Virus record (IMG/VR): IMGVR_UViG_3300042308_001616
Span: 184,752 to 248,751 of that record
Length of the DNA stretch: 64,000 nucleotides
Strand: one strand, 5' to 3'
The notes beneath the pieces were generated by a model. That model ran no database searches and had not been told where the DNA came from. It saw nothing but the letters and a program-made list of their open reading frames with translations. This document shows, one piece after another, positions 48,775-59,301 of this stretch. Both the position numbers and the translations under genes were made by a program. The first letter of the stretch is position 1; each line of letters starts with the position of its first letter.

Positions 48775-49715
48775 ATTATTTTTTTTGATATTATTTTACC
48801 TGAAGAGTCATTTGCTTCGAAGATTACTTCATCGTAATCACCTGGGAACCATATCCAATAGTTTACTCTATAATCAAGTGAATCGAAACTTGCATTTGTC
48901 AAAACATTACCGTTCGTATCCTTTATAACAATATTTGTATTCTCTAAGTTTATTACTGGTGAAAAGTGTATCAAAGACTCTTCTCTTCTGAACTTACCTA
49001 TCATACCACCAGAGTAGTTAGATAATTCACGTAGTAGTGAAAGTCTTTCAGGTACACTATAACATGTAACGTGTACCACAAAATCACCTGGTCTCCATGC
49101 GATGTCGTTAATACCTATAAAGTTGAAAACCATAGCTGGGTTACTTACGTGCCAGAAAGTGTTTAAAGTTCTTTCCTCTACTATCTTTACATGTCTTCTG
49201 AATTCGGGTTTAGAAAGTGTTATACGGAATTGTCTCTGTTCATAGTCGAATGCATCACCATCAAAATCTTCAGGTAGTCCGTTCTTATCCCATACGTCTC
49301 TTAGTATAGATTTACCGGCATCATCGCATCTTATCAGGAAAACACCACCATTCACATTATCACCACCAAATCCGTTATCCAACATAGGGAAATCTATCGC
49401 TCTTACTGCGTGTGCTGCAACAACCATAGAGAATTGATTATCGATTATCGATTCAAGTTGAATCGAAGTATTCATAATAAGACAATCTAAATCCAAAAAG
49501 AAAATCCAATCGAATTCACCTGACTCTGCAAGTTCAATTGATTTAGCAATCTTCTGCCAAGATGCTGGACGTCCATTATCCGGATTTTCTATGAAATAAT
49601 CAATAAGTGTGTAACCGTGTAATTTACAATAACCAGATACATTAGGTAATGTTATCTCTGCCATCTCACGGTAGTTTTCGTCGTGCATTCTTAGAACTGC
49701 TATTCTTTTATTCAT
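48771..49715 (-). CDS. Glycosyltransferase, GT34 (GMA12/MNN10)-like
   Basis: YCKLHGY, SWQKI, WIFFLDLD (DxD), NGGVFLIR, YEQ, GDFVVH; likely start MNKRIAV. Confidence 0.75.
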   Translation of the reverse strand: MNKRIAVLRMHDENYREMAEITLPNVSGYCKLHGYTLIDYFIENPDNGRPASWQKIAKSIELAESGEFDWIFFLDLDCLIMNTSIQLESIIDNQFSMVVAAHAVRAIDFPMLDNGFGGDNVNGGVFLIRCDDAGKSILRDVWDKNGLPEDFDGDAFDYEQRQFRITLSKPEFRRHVKIVEERTLNTFWHVSNPAMVFNFIGINDIAWRPGDFVVHVTCYSVPERLSLLRELSNYSGGMIGKFRREESLIHFSPVINLENTNIVIKDTNGNVLTNASFDSLDYRVNYWIWFPGDYDEVIFEANDSSGKIISKKII

Positions 49716-49794
49716 ATAATAAACTAATTTGTATTTATATACAAATAGTAAAACAAAGACACCAACGATATATAAAAAAAAGAAAGTAAATAAA

Positions 49795-50064
49795 ATGGAA
49801 AACAGGATTCTGGTAAACGAAAAATTATTCACTGAGATATGTAAAAAAGGATACTTATCAACACGTGATCAATTAGGTAACATAGATGTATACTTCACAA
49901 AAAACGAAATAAAAGACCTTTGTGAGGGTAAGATTTTAGAAAAGACACAATTTGAACCTAAAACATTGTTTGCATTGGCAAACTTAGGTGAAGAAATGAT
50001 GAATATACTCAAAAGATCTCCTGTATACTACGGACTCTACGAGGAGTTAAACATTCCATCATGA
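49795..50064 (+). CDS. Hypothetical protein
   Basis: Likely start MENRILV. Confidence 0.55.
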   Translation: MENRILVNEKLFTEICKKGYLSTRDQLGNIDVYFTKNEIKDLCEGKILEKTQFEPKTLFALANLGEEMMNILKRSPVYYGLYEELNIPS

Positions 50065-50987
50065 ACTGGACAACAAAACTTGTAAGAAACTGGCTCGAAG
50101 ACCCGAAAGCAGTCGAACGAGATATGAAGTTACTTAATTTACTCAACGATGGTGAAGATATCACCGTTGAACCATACACCAATGTTGATATTTTTGGTGA
50201 ATCTTATAGACTAAGAAGTTCTTCAATTGTATTGAACCACACCAATGACGAACTACAAGATATAGTAAGGAACAAAACACTTCCTGAAATGATGAATGGT
50301 ATTCTACCACAAAGTCGCGAATACCAATTTGAGATGCTCCGACAGATACAGTCAAATAAGATGAATGTTTTGAGTTGTGCCAGACAGATAGGCACAACTT
50401 CGGTGTTGGTGACTTATGTTACACATTATTTAGCGAACAGCTGGGATAAAAGTATAATGTTTTTAACAAAGGACGTACGTGGTGCGACACATAAAATAAT
50501 GAAGGCAATTCAGAATTGTCCTTATCATAGACAATCTGGTATTCATGAAGTAAATGAGCATAACGATCCTGAACCAGCAGCAGTTATAAGCTTTGAAAAC
50601 GGGTGTACAATTCGAGTTTTCGATAGGTCTAAACTTTTGGTGAGTCCTGACCTTCTAATAGTGGACGGAATTCAATTCTATGGATTAGATCTAATAGCCG
50701 GTACGTTTCCAGGTCTTATCGCAAGGACCAATACGAAGATTGTACTTGCCGGTCTTCCGGACAGAGAAGGTAATTTTGAAACGGTATTTGACTGGGCGAG
50801 AAAACGTAAGGATAAAAATCCTGGATCGACCGCGATTGGTACCTGGGATTGGAAGACACACTGGGTTGAACATGAACAAGATATAAGGAGTCACCTAAGC
50901 ACCGAGCAGTGGCTTATGGAATACGAGTTGTTAGTTCCTGGAACACAGGAGTGGCGAGATAAGATGTTGGAGACGATACTTAGATAA
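50061..50987 (+). CDS. Degenerate terminase-large-subunit-like ATPase domain
   Basis: REYQ, ARQIGTTS (Walker A lacking Lys), FENGCTI, LLIVDG (Walker B lacking Glu), QWLMEYE. Confidence 0.55.
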   Translation: MNWTTKLVRNWLEDPKAVERDMKLLNLLNDGEDITVEPYTNVDIFGESYRLRSSSIVLNHTNDELQDIVRNKTLPEMMNGILPQSREYQFEMLRQIQSNKMNVLSCARQIGTTSVLVTYVTHYLANSWDKSIMFLTKDVRGATHKIMKAIQNCPYHRQSGIHEVNEHNDPEPAAVISFENGCTIRVFDRSKLLVSPDLLIVDGIQFYGLDLIAGTFPGLIARTNTKIVLAGLPDREGNFETVFDWARKRKDKNPGSTAIGTWDWKTHWVEHEQDIRSHLSTEQWLMEYELLVPGTQEWRDKMLETILR

Positions 50988-51486
50988 CCATATGTAGTCT
51001 GATACTATAACCGTCTGTTGTGTCCCATTCACTCTCTTCTATATTGTAGACATCACCGAATAACTCCCTAAACCTTTCACCGAAGATGCGATTGAATTCG
51101 GTGACCTGCTCGTCGTGGTCCTCGTCGAGACCGGTTAGTGAAACCTCAATAATCGGCATAAAGTCTTCACTCGGACCTTTCTCCCTAAGCTTTTTGATGT
51201 ACATCGTATACTCTGACACAGCTATATCATCAGTACGTAACTTTTCGGTATCCTGTACGAAACATGCACGAAAATGTTTACTTCTATATGAAGGCAAACC
51301 CGGTGCACGTCTCATCTCGACAGTCTCTAAAACTGCGTAGAATATCTCGTAGTCGGCGACTCCGTAAAGACCAGTCTCTTCTAAACAAGATATCACCAGG
51401 TGTATGTTATCTTCAGGGTTTATCTTCCATAGATCCTAAACATCTTTGTTCTCAGAAAAGCTCTCGAAAATCTTTAAATATTTCAT
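50980..51486 (-). pseudogene. Hypothetical tagged protein with in-frame TAG at codon 17
   Basis: ATG 51486 gives MKYLKIFESFSENKDV*DLWKINPED..., in frame with ORF 50980..51396. Confidence 0.55.
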
Positions 51487-51518
51487 CAACTATATATAAA
51501 AATCCTTATATTAGTACC

Positions 51519-52328
51519 ATGAAATATACTAGAAAAAAATATCCCGATGGTGGGATTTATGCAGAGGTACAAGACTTCACCAATCCACAGATTGTAGAAA
51601 GGATAAACTCATACGAGGACCTCTTCTTCATAAAGTCAATCAAAGACGTTTGCGACTTCAACGGAGTCACAGACGTAGAGCTTTTTATACCGTGTATGTT
51701 CCAACAACAACACGACCGTAGATTTGCAGACAATGAGTCTTTTGAATTAAAACTTGTTGCAGACTTCATAAACTCATGCAACTTCAGTAAGGTCACAATC
51801 TTCCATCCACACTCAGACTCAACAGGAATGGGAGTGAGAAATGCCAGAGTCGTAGATAATAGTTCCTTCATATCACAGGTTCTGAAAGACTTGGAACAAG
51901 AGCCAGTTATCCTGTCAACAGACGCAGGGTCCTTTAAATGGATCAACAAGCTGGCAGACAAAATCAAGTTCGAGGGTGAGGTGTATAGTGCGAGCAAGTC
52001 GAGAGACCTAATCACACACAAGCTAACACAAGTAATCGAGAACGAAGACTTTGATGGTAAAGATATTCTTGTTATTGATGACCTTTGTGTTTTCGGAGGA
52101 ACTTTTGTTGGTTTGGCTAAACTTCTGAAAGAAAGAAACGCTGGTAAGCTTTACTTAGCAGTATCACATATGACGGTTCAGAATCCTAACCCTGAGTTGG
52201 AGCAGCACTATGACAAAATATTCACGACCAACTCGAAGTTCGGATATTACGAGCTCAACAATTTGACAACTTATGATCTTGTTTATCTTTTAGAAGGAAC
52301 AGTTTTTAACAAACCACAAACGGTATAA
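51519..52328 (+). CDS. Ribose-phosphate pyrophosphokinase-like enzyme (Adps candidate)
   Basis: KYPDG, QQHDRRF, FHPHSD, STDAG, LVIDDLCVFGGTF, YLAVSH. Confidence 0.85.
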   Translation: MKYTRKKYPDGGIYAEVQDFTNPQIVERINSYEDLFFIKSIKDVCDFNGVTDVELFIPCMFQQQHDRRFADNESFELKLVADFINSCNFSKVTIFHPHSDSTGMGVRNARVVDNSSFISQVLKDLEQEPVILSTDAGSFKWINKLADKIKFEGEVYSASKSRDLITHKLTQVIENEDFDGKDILVIDDLCVFGGTFVGLAKLLKERNAGKLYLAVSHMTVQNPNPELEQHYDKIFTTNSKFGYYELNNLTTYDLVYLLEGTVFNKPQTV

Positions 52329-52329
52329 G

Positions 52330-52746
52330 ATGGAATACGGAGTTATATACACAAAAATATGTCCGAAAGATGGTGTTCCTGGTGATTGGATAAAGTATTG
52401 TCATTTCCTTTCAGAGACACCGAAATCCTTTCGAGAAAATGTCGCGACTATTGCAGAGTATATAAACGAGAGTTTCAAAGACGAAATTGTTATACCTATG
52501 GACGAGGATGTACATCCTGGATGTACAACTAAACCAGAGAAGGTCAGAGAGATTGCAGAAGAAATGCACAGACTCTACTCAGAGATGTGTATTAGACAAG
52601 GAATACCAGATTCTGTAAGAACCGCATACACAATAGGAGAAATAGAAAACGTTAACAAAACGTCGACACACGAATTAGTCGGACAGACTATGGTAAAATT
52701 CCGTTTTTTGGACGAGTCAGACGAACCAGGAATATACGAGATATGA
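52330..52746 (+). CDS. Hypothetical protein
   Basis: ORF track; operonic. Confidence 0.55.
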   Translation: MEYGVIYTKICPKDGVPGDWIKYCHFLSETPKSFRENVATIAEYINESFKDEIVIPMDEDVHPGCTTKPEKVREIAEEMHRLYSEMCIRQGIPDSVRTAYTIGEIENVNKTSTHELVGQTMVKFRFLDESDEPGIYEI

Positions 52747-52940
52747 GAAAAACAATGAACATATTAGGAACCATATTTAGGATATTTGGAATGATTCTTA
52801 TAATACCTTCTTTCTTACTTTCATTACCAGGAATATTCTTTATCTTTATGGGTGGAGTATTTGAAGAGGAATCACAAAACGAATGTTTGGCAAAAGGAAT
52901 AGAGAAAGAGCATAATAAAAGAAAGTATAATGAGAACTGA
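52743..52940 (+). CDS. Small membrane protein
   Basis: Hydrophobic segment. Confidence 0.55.
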   Translation: MRKTMNILGTIFRIFGMILIIPSFLLSLPGIFFIFMGGVFEEESQNECLAKGIEKEHNKRKYNEN

Positions 52941-53604
52941 TGTGATAAACAGAATACTAACGATATTTATTATATCGTTGTCGTTTTTTAGTCTTTCACA
53001 GACGGACACATCTTATGTGGAAGAGGAGGACACAATATATTACGAAGAACAAAATCCCGGTGAATACTTCAGGGTACATAAAGGAAATTCTTACACATAT
53101 TTGAAAAACGGAGGTGACTACGACACTATAATGGAAACCATTGCAGAGGATATAAGGAATGGTGGTTTGTTTACGACCAACCGAGATGTAAACGTTAACA
53201 TCAATTCATTCGCATTGGATAGAAGAAACGATTCGCTCTATGGAACCAAATATTACGACTCTATAGAACCAGTGATAAGTGACTACATAGGTAATTCGAG
53301 AGCGGAGGAATCTATATCATTGTTTTGTTACTATATGGCGGACTCACTTAAGAACGACTTCGTACTTAGGATATTTGACGAGGTAGAAAGTTGTACTTGT
53401 TCTAAGTCTGCATTTGATGAGATTGTAGATTCTAAAAAAATCGCTGAAGCAATTGTAAACCCAAATCTTAAATGGATGACATTCAGTTACTTTCAACACT
53501 ACAACAAAGATGGATTTCTCGACGAGTACATATTCGTCGAATATAAAATGAGATGGAGTCTTATAAGAAGAACCTATATGTTAATATTAGAAGGCAACGA
53601 ATAA
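52930..53604 (+). CDS. Hypothetical exported protein
   Basis: Signal peptide ending SLS-Q, as in Bacteroidota. Confidence 0.55.
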   Translation: MRTDVINRILTIFIISLSFFSLSQTDTSYVEEEDTIYYEEQNPGEYFRVHKGNSYTYLKNGGDYDTIMETIAEDIRNGGLFTTNRDVNVNINSFALDRRNDSLYGTKYYDSIEPVISDYIGNSRAEESISLFCYYMADSLKNDFVLRIFDEVESCTCSKSAFDEIVDSKKIAEAIVNPNLKWMTFSYFQHYNKDGFLDEYIFVEYKMRWSLIRRTYMLILEGNE

Positions 53605-53638
53605 ATAAGTATATTTACAAAAAACAAAAAACAAAAAA

Positions 53639-55171
53639 ATGTTTAGACCAACATCATTGTATTACACAGACGGCTACAAGATTGGCCACAAAGCGATGCT
53701 CGCAGAAGGAACTGACTTCCTTTATGGAACATGGATTCCACGTTCTACAAAACACGCACCAAAAGGTATCAATAAAATTGTATCATTTGGACAACAACTA
53801 ACTTGGCGATGGATTCATGACGAATTCACTGAAAACTTTTTCAACAAGCCAGTTGAAGAAGCTATATCATTCGTTGAAGATATGAGTATGTATTTAGGTA
53901 TGGAATTTAATGGAGATCACTTTATCGCTCTTCACAAATTAGGTTACTTACCAATTAGAACAAAAGCTCTTCCTGAGGGTATTGAGACAAGACCGAACGT
54001 GCCACATATGACGTTCATCAACACAAAGAAAGGATACGCTTGGCTTACTCTTTTCTTAGAGACAATCGTGTCATCTTTGGCGTGGAAACCTGCAACATCC
54101 GCAACAATCGCACTTAAGTACAACCGAAACCTTTACGAGTGGGTACTAAAGACAGACCCTACTAACGCTTGGTTGATTCCTTTCTTAGCACACGACTTCT
54201 CAGCACGTGGTATCGATCCTTGGACGATGGTTTCATCTGGCTTAGGACACGCTACGTCATTTAGAGGTTCTGATACTATTGTAGTTATTCCAGCGGCTCG
54301 TTACTTCTATGGTGAGCCTAAGAATGAAGTTTGTATCAACTCTGTAAATGCATCTGAGCACTCTGTATCTACTACCAAAATTTTTACCGTTGGTGAGAAA
54401 CAAATGTTAATCGATTGGATGAACAAATTTGATAAAGGTATTTTGTCAGTAGTAATGGACACATTTGACATTACAAAAGTTGCTAAACCATCTGAAGGTG
54501 GATATTGTTTCGATTTGAAAGACCAAATCTTATCTCGTGATGGTAAGTTAGTTATTCGTCCTGACTCTGGAGATCCAGTTGAAATCATCTGTGGACACGG
54601 AAGAACTGAATTAACAGATAATGAGAACCGCGCATTCTATCCTGAGTTCTACACAAAAGGATTGATTGAGTGTTTATGGGACATCTTTGGTGGAACAATC
54701 AACGAACAAGGATATAAAGTCTTAGACCCACACATCGGTGCCATTTACGGTGACTCTATTACGACCGATCGTCAGGTTCAAATCTATGAGAGATTAGCAG
54801 AGAAAGGTTTTGCAGCTACGAACATTGTTTTAGGTGTAGGTTCTTATACTTACCAATACAATACGCGTGATACATTTGGATTTGCAGCGAAAGGTGCTTG
54901 GTTCGAAGAGAATGGAGTTCAACACGATATCTACAAAGATCCAATCTCAGATGATGGAACTAAGAAGTCATTGAAAGGACTTATCTCGGTTCACGAAACA
55001 GAAGATGGTGACCACTCAGTAGGTGTACAATGTACAATTGATGAAGAGAAAGAAGGAATCCTTCAGGTTATCTACCAAGATGGTAAGTTTTACAACGAAA
55101 CCACACTGACAGAGATTAGAGGTAAAATTGAGGTTCTCGCTAAAAGTGGAACCGAAACAGTTTTAGCATAA
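53639..55171 (+). CDS. Nicotinamide phosphoribosyltransferase-like enzyme (Namat/NadV candidate)
   Basis: TDGYKIGH, HDFSARG, GSDT, ASEHS, SVVMDT, VIRPDSGDP, IYGDSI, TRDT, KKSLKG. Confidence 0.9.
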   Translation: MFRPTSLYYTDGYKIGHKAMLAEGTDFLYGTWIPRSTKHAPKGINKIVSFGQQLTWRWIHDEFTENFFNKPVEEAISFVEDMSMYLGMEFNGDHFIALHKLGYLPIRTKALPEGIETRPNVPHMTFINTKKGYAWLTLFLETIVSSLAWKPATSATIALKYNRNLYEWVLKTDPTNAWLIPFLAHDFSARGIDPWTMVSSGLGHATSFRGSDTIVVIPAARYFYGEPKNEVCINSVNASEHSVSTTKIFTVGEKQMLIDWMNKFDKGILSVVMDTFDITKVAKPSEGGYCFDLKDQILSRDGKLVIRPDSGDPVEIICGHGRTELTDNENRAFYPEFYTKGLIECLWDIFGGTINEQGYKVLDPHIGAIYGDSITTDRQVQIYERLAEKGFAATNIVLGVGSYTYQYNTRDTFGFAAKGAWFEENGVQHDIYKDPISDDGTKKSLKGLISVHETEDGDHSVGVQCTIDEEKEGILQVIYQDGKFYNETTLTEIRGKIEVLAKSGTETVLA

Positions 55172-55233
55172 AAAAATGCCACCTTAGGGTGGCATTTTCA
55201 TTTAAAGCATTATATTTGTAAAAACTACTCATA

Positions 55234-57066
55234 ATGGAAATGGAAGAGCAAATCGAAAAGCAAGATAAGGTGCCAGTAATTGGTAAATTTAAAACAAAAG
55301 GAAAGTTCGTCAGCTTTATGTCTGCGACACAAGGAAGAGTTAGGCTTTTCCGTGAGACCGCTTATATTGACGGATCTCAATTGTCAGGTTTGTTTGACAA
55401 AACAAAGTTCAAAATGACAATCTGTGACGAGGGTACCGTAGATTTCGAGGAAATCGACACAGACATTGCAGACGAGGCTATGTTGAAACGATTGGTTCAG
55501 CAAATCGAAGATGCTGAGGTAACTGGCTACGCCAACAAATTCGTAACATCCGGATTTACGTTCAAAGACGAGGATGGTAGTATCTGCTATCTTGAAGTAG
55601 AACACCAAAAACCAATTGATAAACTTCGTTCAATCTTTGACGAACCAGAGATTTCGGAAAAAGGTTTAAGTGCACTTGATCTTTTATTTGGCGATAACAA
55701 CGACTTCGATGAAGAAGACGAAATTGAAATTTCTGAGAAAGATGTAGAAGTTTTGGTAAACGAGATTGAGAACCCATCTGAGCCTAACGACAAACTCAAA
55801 TCTGCATCAGAAACTTACTTAGAGGAATCGTTCCGTAAAATGAATGAACAAAAAGTGAATGAACTTAAAGAACGTATCGAGAAATCTGAGAGAGAATTAG
55901 GTAAGACAAAGTTCGAGCTAAGTACCGCAGAGACAAAGATTAAAAAGACTACTGAGGAATTGAAAGTTCTAAACTCACGTTTAGAGACGATGTTACCTAC
56001 AAACGAACCTAACGGTATTGTTTTTCACGTATCAGAAGAGAAGAAGCACGAAACCGGATTAGACGAGAACACCAAACACGTAGCTGACAAGATTGCAGAC
56101 CTTTTAGGATTGAAGAAAGACGTTCTTTTCACTCAACTTACATCAGGATTCTACGAAATCAATATCACTGACAAACGTGAGGACTACAACAAAGAGGACG
56201 AGGAGAAAGAAGTCGAGTTGAACAAAATTATCAACGACATCAAGTCTATCGACATCGAGGGTAAGTTCGAAATCAAACCAGAAGGAGGTGTGGTAAAAAT
56301 CACTTACACAGGTGAACTGAACTGGCATGAGATTACATCTAAGATGATTCGTAAAGGTTTCGAGCAAGACGAGGAGTTCGACAAATTCGTAGGATCAAAC
56401 TCTTACACTAGCAAGGTTACTGAGAGAGGATCCGAAGAGGAAGAAGACTTCGAGATTGGATTCCCTAAATCTCTTCTTTCTGGTGGCGAAGAGGAAGAAG
56501 ACTTCGACGACGACTTCGATGAAGAGGAAGACGAAAAAGACGAAGTTCCTGCAGACTTTCACACAAAGGAACTTATGACATTCGAAGAACCTACTGATTT
56601 AGTAATCTGGACAGAGCCATCGGTAGAGGATGTAAATGGCATTGGTTTCTACGGAGATGCCGACATCACACTGACTGACGACTACGCCACATTGGGATTG
56701 AGATCCAACGGAAACTACGTGCTTGATATGGAAACAGCAGGTTTCGCGTCAATCACAACCTTCGAGAAATACAAAAAGTTCCTGGACGAGGAAGGTGAAG
56801 AGGGTAGATTCGGATTAGAAGCAACAGAAGCAGTATTGATACCTGACTTCAAAGGCACAATCACTGTTGGTATCGAGCTCGATAAAGGAGGCTACGCGGT
56901 GGAATTTGACACAAACGAGGATTTGATGCACACTTCAGAGGGTTCCGGTGCACCTTTCTTAGACTTTCCATCAGGAACACAAATGATTTTCATTGAGGAT
57001 CACGACTTGAATAATCTAAAGGGGTTTTTGAGAGATAAGAAACTCAAAGCTTTAGGAATAAAATAA
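55234..57066 (+). CDS. Acidic coiled-coil hypothetical protein with C-terminal tag
   Basis: Ends RDKKLKALGIK; TATATTTG promoter at 55211. Confidence 0.65.
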   Translation: MEMEEQIEKQDKVPVIGKFKTKGKFVSFMSATQGRVRLFRETAYIDGSQLSGLFDKTKFKMTICDEGTVDFEEIDTDIADEAMLKRLVQQIEDAEVTGYANKFVTSGFTFKDEDGSICYLEVEHQKPIDKLRSIFDEPEISEKGLSALDLLFGDNNDFDEEDEIEISEKDVEVLVNEIENPSEPNDKLKSASETYLEESFRKMNEQKVNELKERIEKSERELGKTKFELSTAETKIKKTTEELKVLNSRLETMLPTNEPNGIVFHVSEEKKHETGLDENTKHVADKIADLLGLKKDVLFTQLTSGFYEINITDKREDYNKEDEEKEVELNKIINDIKSIDIEGKFEIKPEGGVVKITYTGELNWHEITSKMIRKGFEQDEEFDKFVGSNSYTSKVTERGSEEEEDFEIGFPKSLLSGGEEEEDFDDDFDEEEDEKDEVPADFHTKELMTFEEPTDLVIWTEPSVEDVNGIGFYGDADITLTDDYATLGLRSNGNYVLDMETAGFASITTFEKYKKFLDEEGEEGRFGLEATEAVLIPDFKGTITVGIELDKGGYAVEFDTNEDLMHTSEGSGAPFLDFPSGTQMIFIEDHDLNNLKGFLRDKKLKALGIK

Positions 57067-57131
57067 GTAAAAGGCGGAAAGTTTCCGCCTTTTCTCTGTT
57101 AATATTTAAAATATATACTTATATTCGTCTT

Positions 57132-57650
57132 ATGAAGGCACTATACATACACGGATTCCAATCTTCACCAGTTCCAGTAAAGGTGAAAGCACTCGAAGAA
57201 ATCTTCGGACAGGTAATAGCACCACATATCGACTGGGAGGACGATAAGAGAAGACAAAATCTATTCAAAGAATTGGACGAAGTAATCAAATCAGAAGGTA
57301 TTACACACGTCATAGGATCATCAATGGGTGGCCAGATGGCTTTCTACTTAGCAACAAAAAACAATATTGATGCGTTGTGTTTCAATCCAGCATTCGGTGT
57401 TAGATACGACGATTTCGGTTATGAACTCAACAAAGACTTCGATTCAAACATACTTATAGTACTTGGTAAGAACGACGAAGTAGTGGATCCCGAGAGATCA
57501 TATGAGTTCTTACGCAGCAACGGAATCTACAACAAAGTTGAATTGGTAATAGAAGATATGGGTCATCAAATATCACTTCCCGTCTTTATAAAATACGCTA
57601 TGTTTACAAAGAAGTGGACAGAAGTGGAACAAAAAAACAAAAACCTATGA
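57132..57650 (+). CDS. YqiA/UPF0227-like alpha/beta esterase
   Basis: YIHGFQSS, GSSMGG, FNPA, DEVV, MGH. Confidence 0.85.
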   Translation: MKALYIHGFQSSPVPVKVKALEEIFGQVIAPHIDWEDDKRRQNLFKELDEVIKSEGITHVIGSSMGGQMAFYLATKNNIDALCFNPAFGVRYDDFGYELNKDFDSNILIVLGKNDEVVDPERSYEFLRSNGIYNKVELVIEDMGHQISLPVFIKYAMFTKKWTEVEQKNKNL

Positions 57651-57949
57651 TAGATTGGTATTCTTATAAGCTGGGTCAGGCACTGGAACTCAAGATTGCA
57701 GAAGACGGAAAGGTCTACACTCTAGGAACTATAATAGAGGACTACGAGTGGTCACACCACCGTAAGCCATACCTAGCAATCATAACACTGACGGAGAACT
57801 CAGAGGACGGAAAGTGGTGCAAGGGTGACAAAATAAAGTTGCCATTGATTTGGGACGACAAAGAGGAGCACGCGGTACTGGTCTTTCAGCACTGTAGTGA
57901 CAACTCAGTAAGGGAAATAGCTAGAAACACAATAATCTCACTAAACTAA
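57647..57949 (+). CDS. Hypothetical protein
   Basis: ATGA overlap; starts MIDWYSY. Confidence 0.55.
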   Translation: MIDWYSYKLGQALELKIAEDGKVYTLGTIIEDYEWSHHRKPYLAIITLTENSEDGKWCKGDKIKLPLIWDDKEEHAVLVFQHCSDNSVREIARNTIISLN

Positions 57950-57955
57950 AATGAC

Positions 57956-58216
57956 ATGTTTGAGAAAATGATGGAAGACTGGATGAAATTCCAGCAAAAG
58001 ATGATGCCTGAGATGCCAGAGGCATTCAAAGGAGTAAAGAACGCTGCCGAGGCTTTCAGTGGAATTCGGAATCCGATGACAGGTGACATCGAGAAGTGGA
58101 CTAAGTTTATGGAGAACTCAATCAAGTTCCAGAGAGCATATATTGCACAACAACAAGCGATGCTCGAGATGATGGAAGCTATGACAGATAACGCGAAGAT
58201 TCTTTCTAACAAATAA
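57956..58216 (+). CDS. Met-rich helical hypothetical protein
   Basis: ORF track. Confidence 0.55.
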   Translation: MFEKMMEDWMKFQQKMMPEMPEAFKGVKNAAEAFSGIRNPMTGDIEKWTKFMENSIKFQRAYIAQQQAMLEMMEAMTDNAKILSNK

Positions 58217-58220
58217 AACT

Positions 58221-58583
58221 ATGAAATCGATACTAACAATCACCGTGTTACTACTCGGCATTAACGCAATGTCTCAGAAATCAGACTACGAAGTTAGATA
58301 CTACGAACATCACCAGCCAAAATGGATGTCAACTACACCTGGAACACAAATAAGGAAGGCAGCAGTCAGTACAATAACAGGTTCAATAATCACGATTATG
58401 GGTTCTTATATGTACTCCAAATCAGTATCGGAACAAAGTATACCGAGTGCCATACCGAACATAGGTATCGCAGGCATGTGTTTAGGTGGTCTACTAGCAC
58501 TCAAAGGACAGGTTCACTTATTCAGAGCTTCAATCATATTAGATTCGAGAGGTGTCGGTGTTACGATACCGATAGGCAAGTAA
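58221..58583 (+). CDS. Membrane/exported hypothetical protein
   Basis: Signal peptide plus two hydrophobic segments. Confidence 0.55.
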   Translation: MKSILTITVLLLGINAMSQKSDYEVRYYEHHQPKWMSTTPGTQIRKAAVSTITGSIITIMGSYMYSKSVSEQSIPSAIPNIGIAGMCLGGLLALKGQVHLFRASIILDSRGVGVTIPIGK

Positions 58584-58622
58584 TCAACACATTTTTTTCG
58601 TATATTAGATAAAAAAAATACT

Positions 58623-59075
58623 ATGATAACAACAGTAATATTCGTTCAGGGATTTCCAAATGTAACATTGGAGTTCGAAAACACTGAGAAGGCATTCGAT
58701 TTAATACACGAGAAGACCTGGGGACTCACCAAAACCGAGTGTGCCTGGGACTTCGAACGTTACAACGGATTTTTGACAGAATGTTTCTGTCCATCAGACA
58801 AATACAGGAAGGCACTTATCAAAGCAGGTCTTCCTGACGAGGCAATCCAAGAGAATAAAAAAGACTCAAAAGGTACATACTATGGTGGTAGAAAATGGTG
58901 CTTCTCAGAAACTACTTTCTTACTCATACACAATGAAACCCCAATTGATTCATCAGAAAGAGATTTTGAAGTTAATGCACTCTACGACGACGACGAAGAA
59001 GTAAAAGAGAGAGTGTATCTCTACATAAAGTCACTATCAAGACAAATAAAAATCGATAGTCTGGGTATTGATTAA
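58623..59075 (+). CDS. Hypothetical protein with C-terminal tag
   Basis: Ends RQIKIDSLGID. Confidence 0.6.
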   Translation: MITTVIFVQGFPNVTLEFENTEKAFDLIHEKTWGLTKTECAWDFERYNGFLTECFCPSDKYRKALIKAGLPDEAIQENKKDSKGTYYGGRKWCFSETTFLLIHNETPIDSSERDFEVNALYDDDEEVKERVYLYIKSLSRQIKIDSLGID

Positions 59076-59301
59076 TATTTTTTTCTTATATTTGTAAAAA
59101 AAGAAAGAAACTATGATACTTACACAGATAGAAATTGCAGCATTGGCACACGAGATTGTTTATTATTCACGTAAATTCAACTAATATGTTTTTGACAGAC
59201 AAAATATCAGGAATAACTGTTCGTAACGAGTTCGTTGCTTTCCAAGTATTGATTGGACAAATTGCAACTAAGGACTTTGAAGTCTTTTATCTAAACTAAA
59301 T

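Noticed and set aside
51264-51518. N-terminal extension of the PRS-like ORF
   Set aside because: Antisense to another gene; homology and promoter point to ATG 51519
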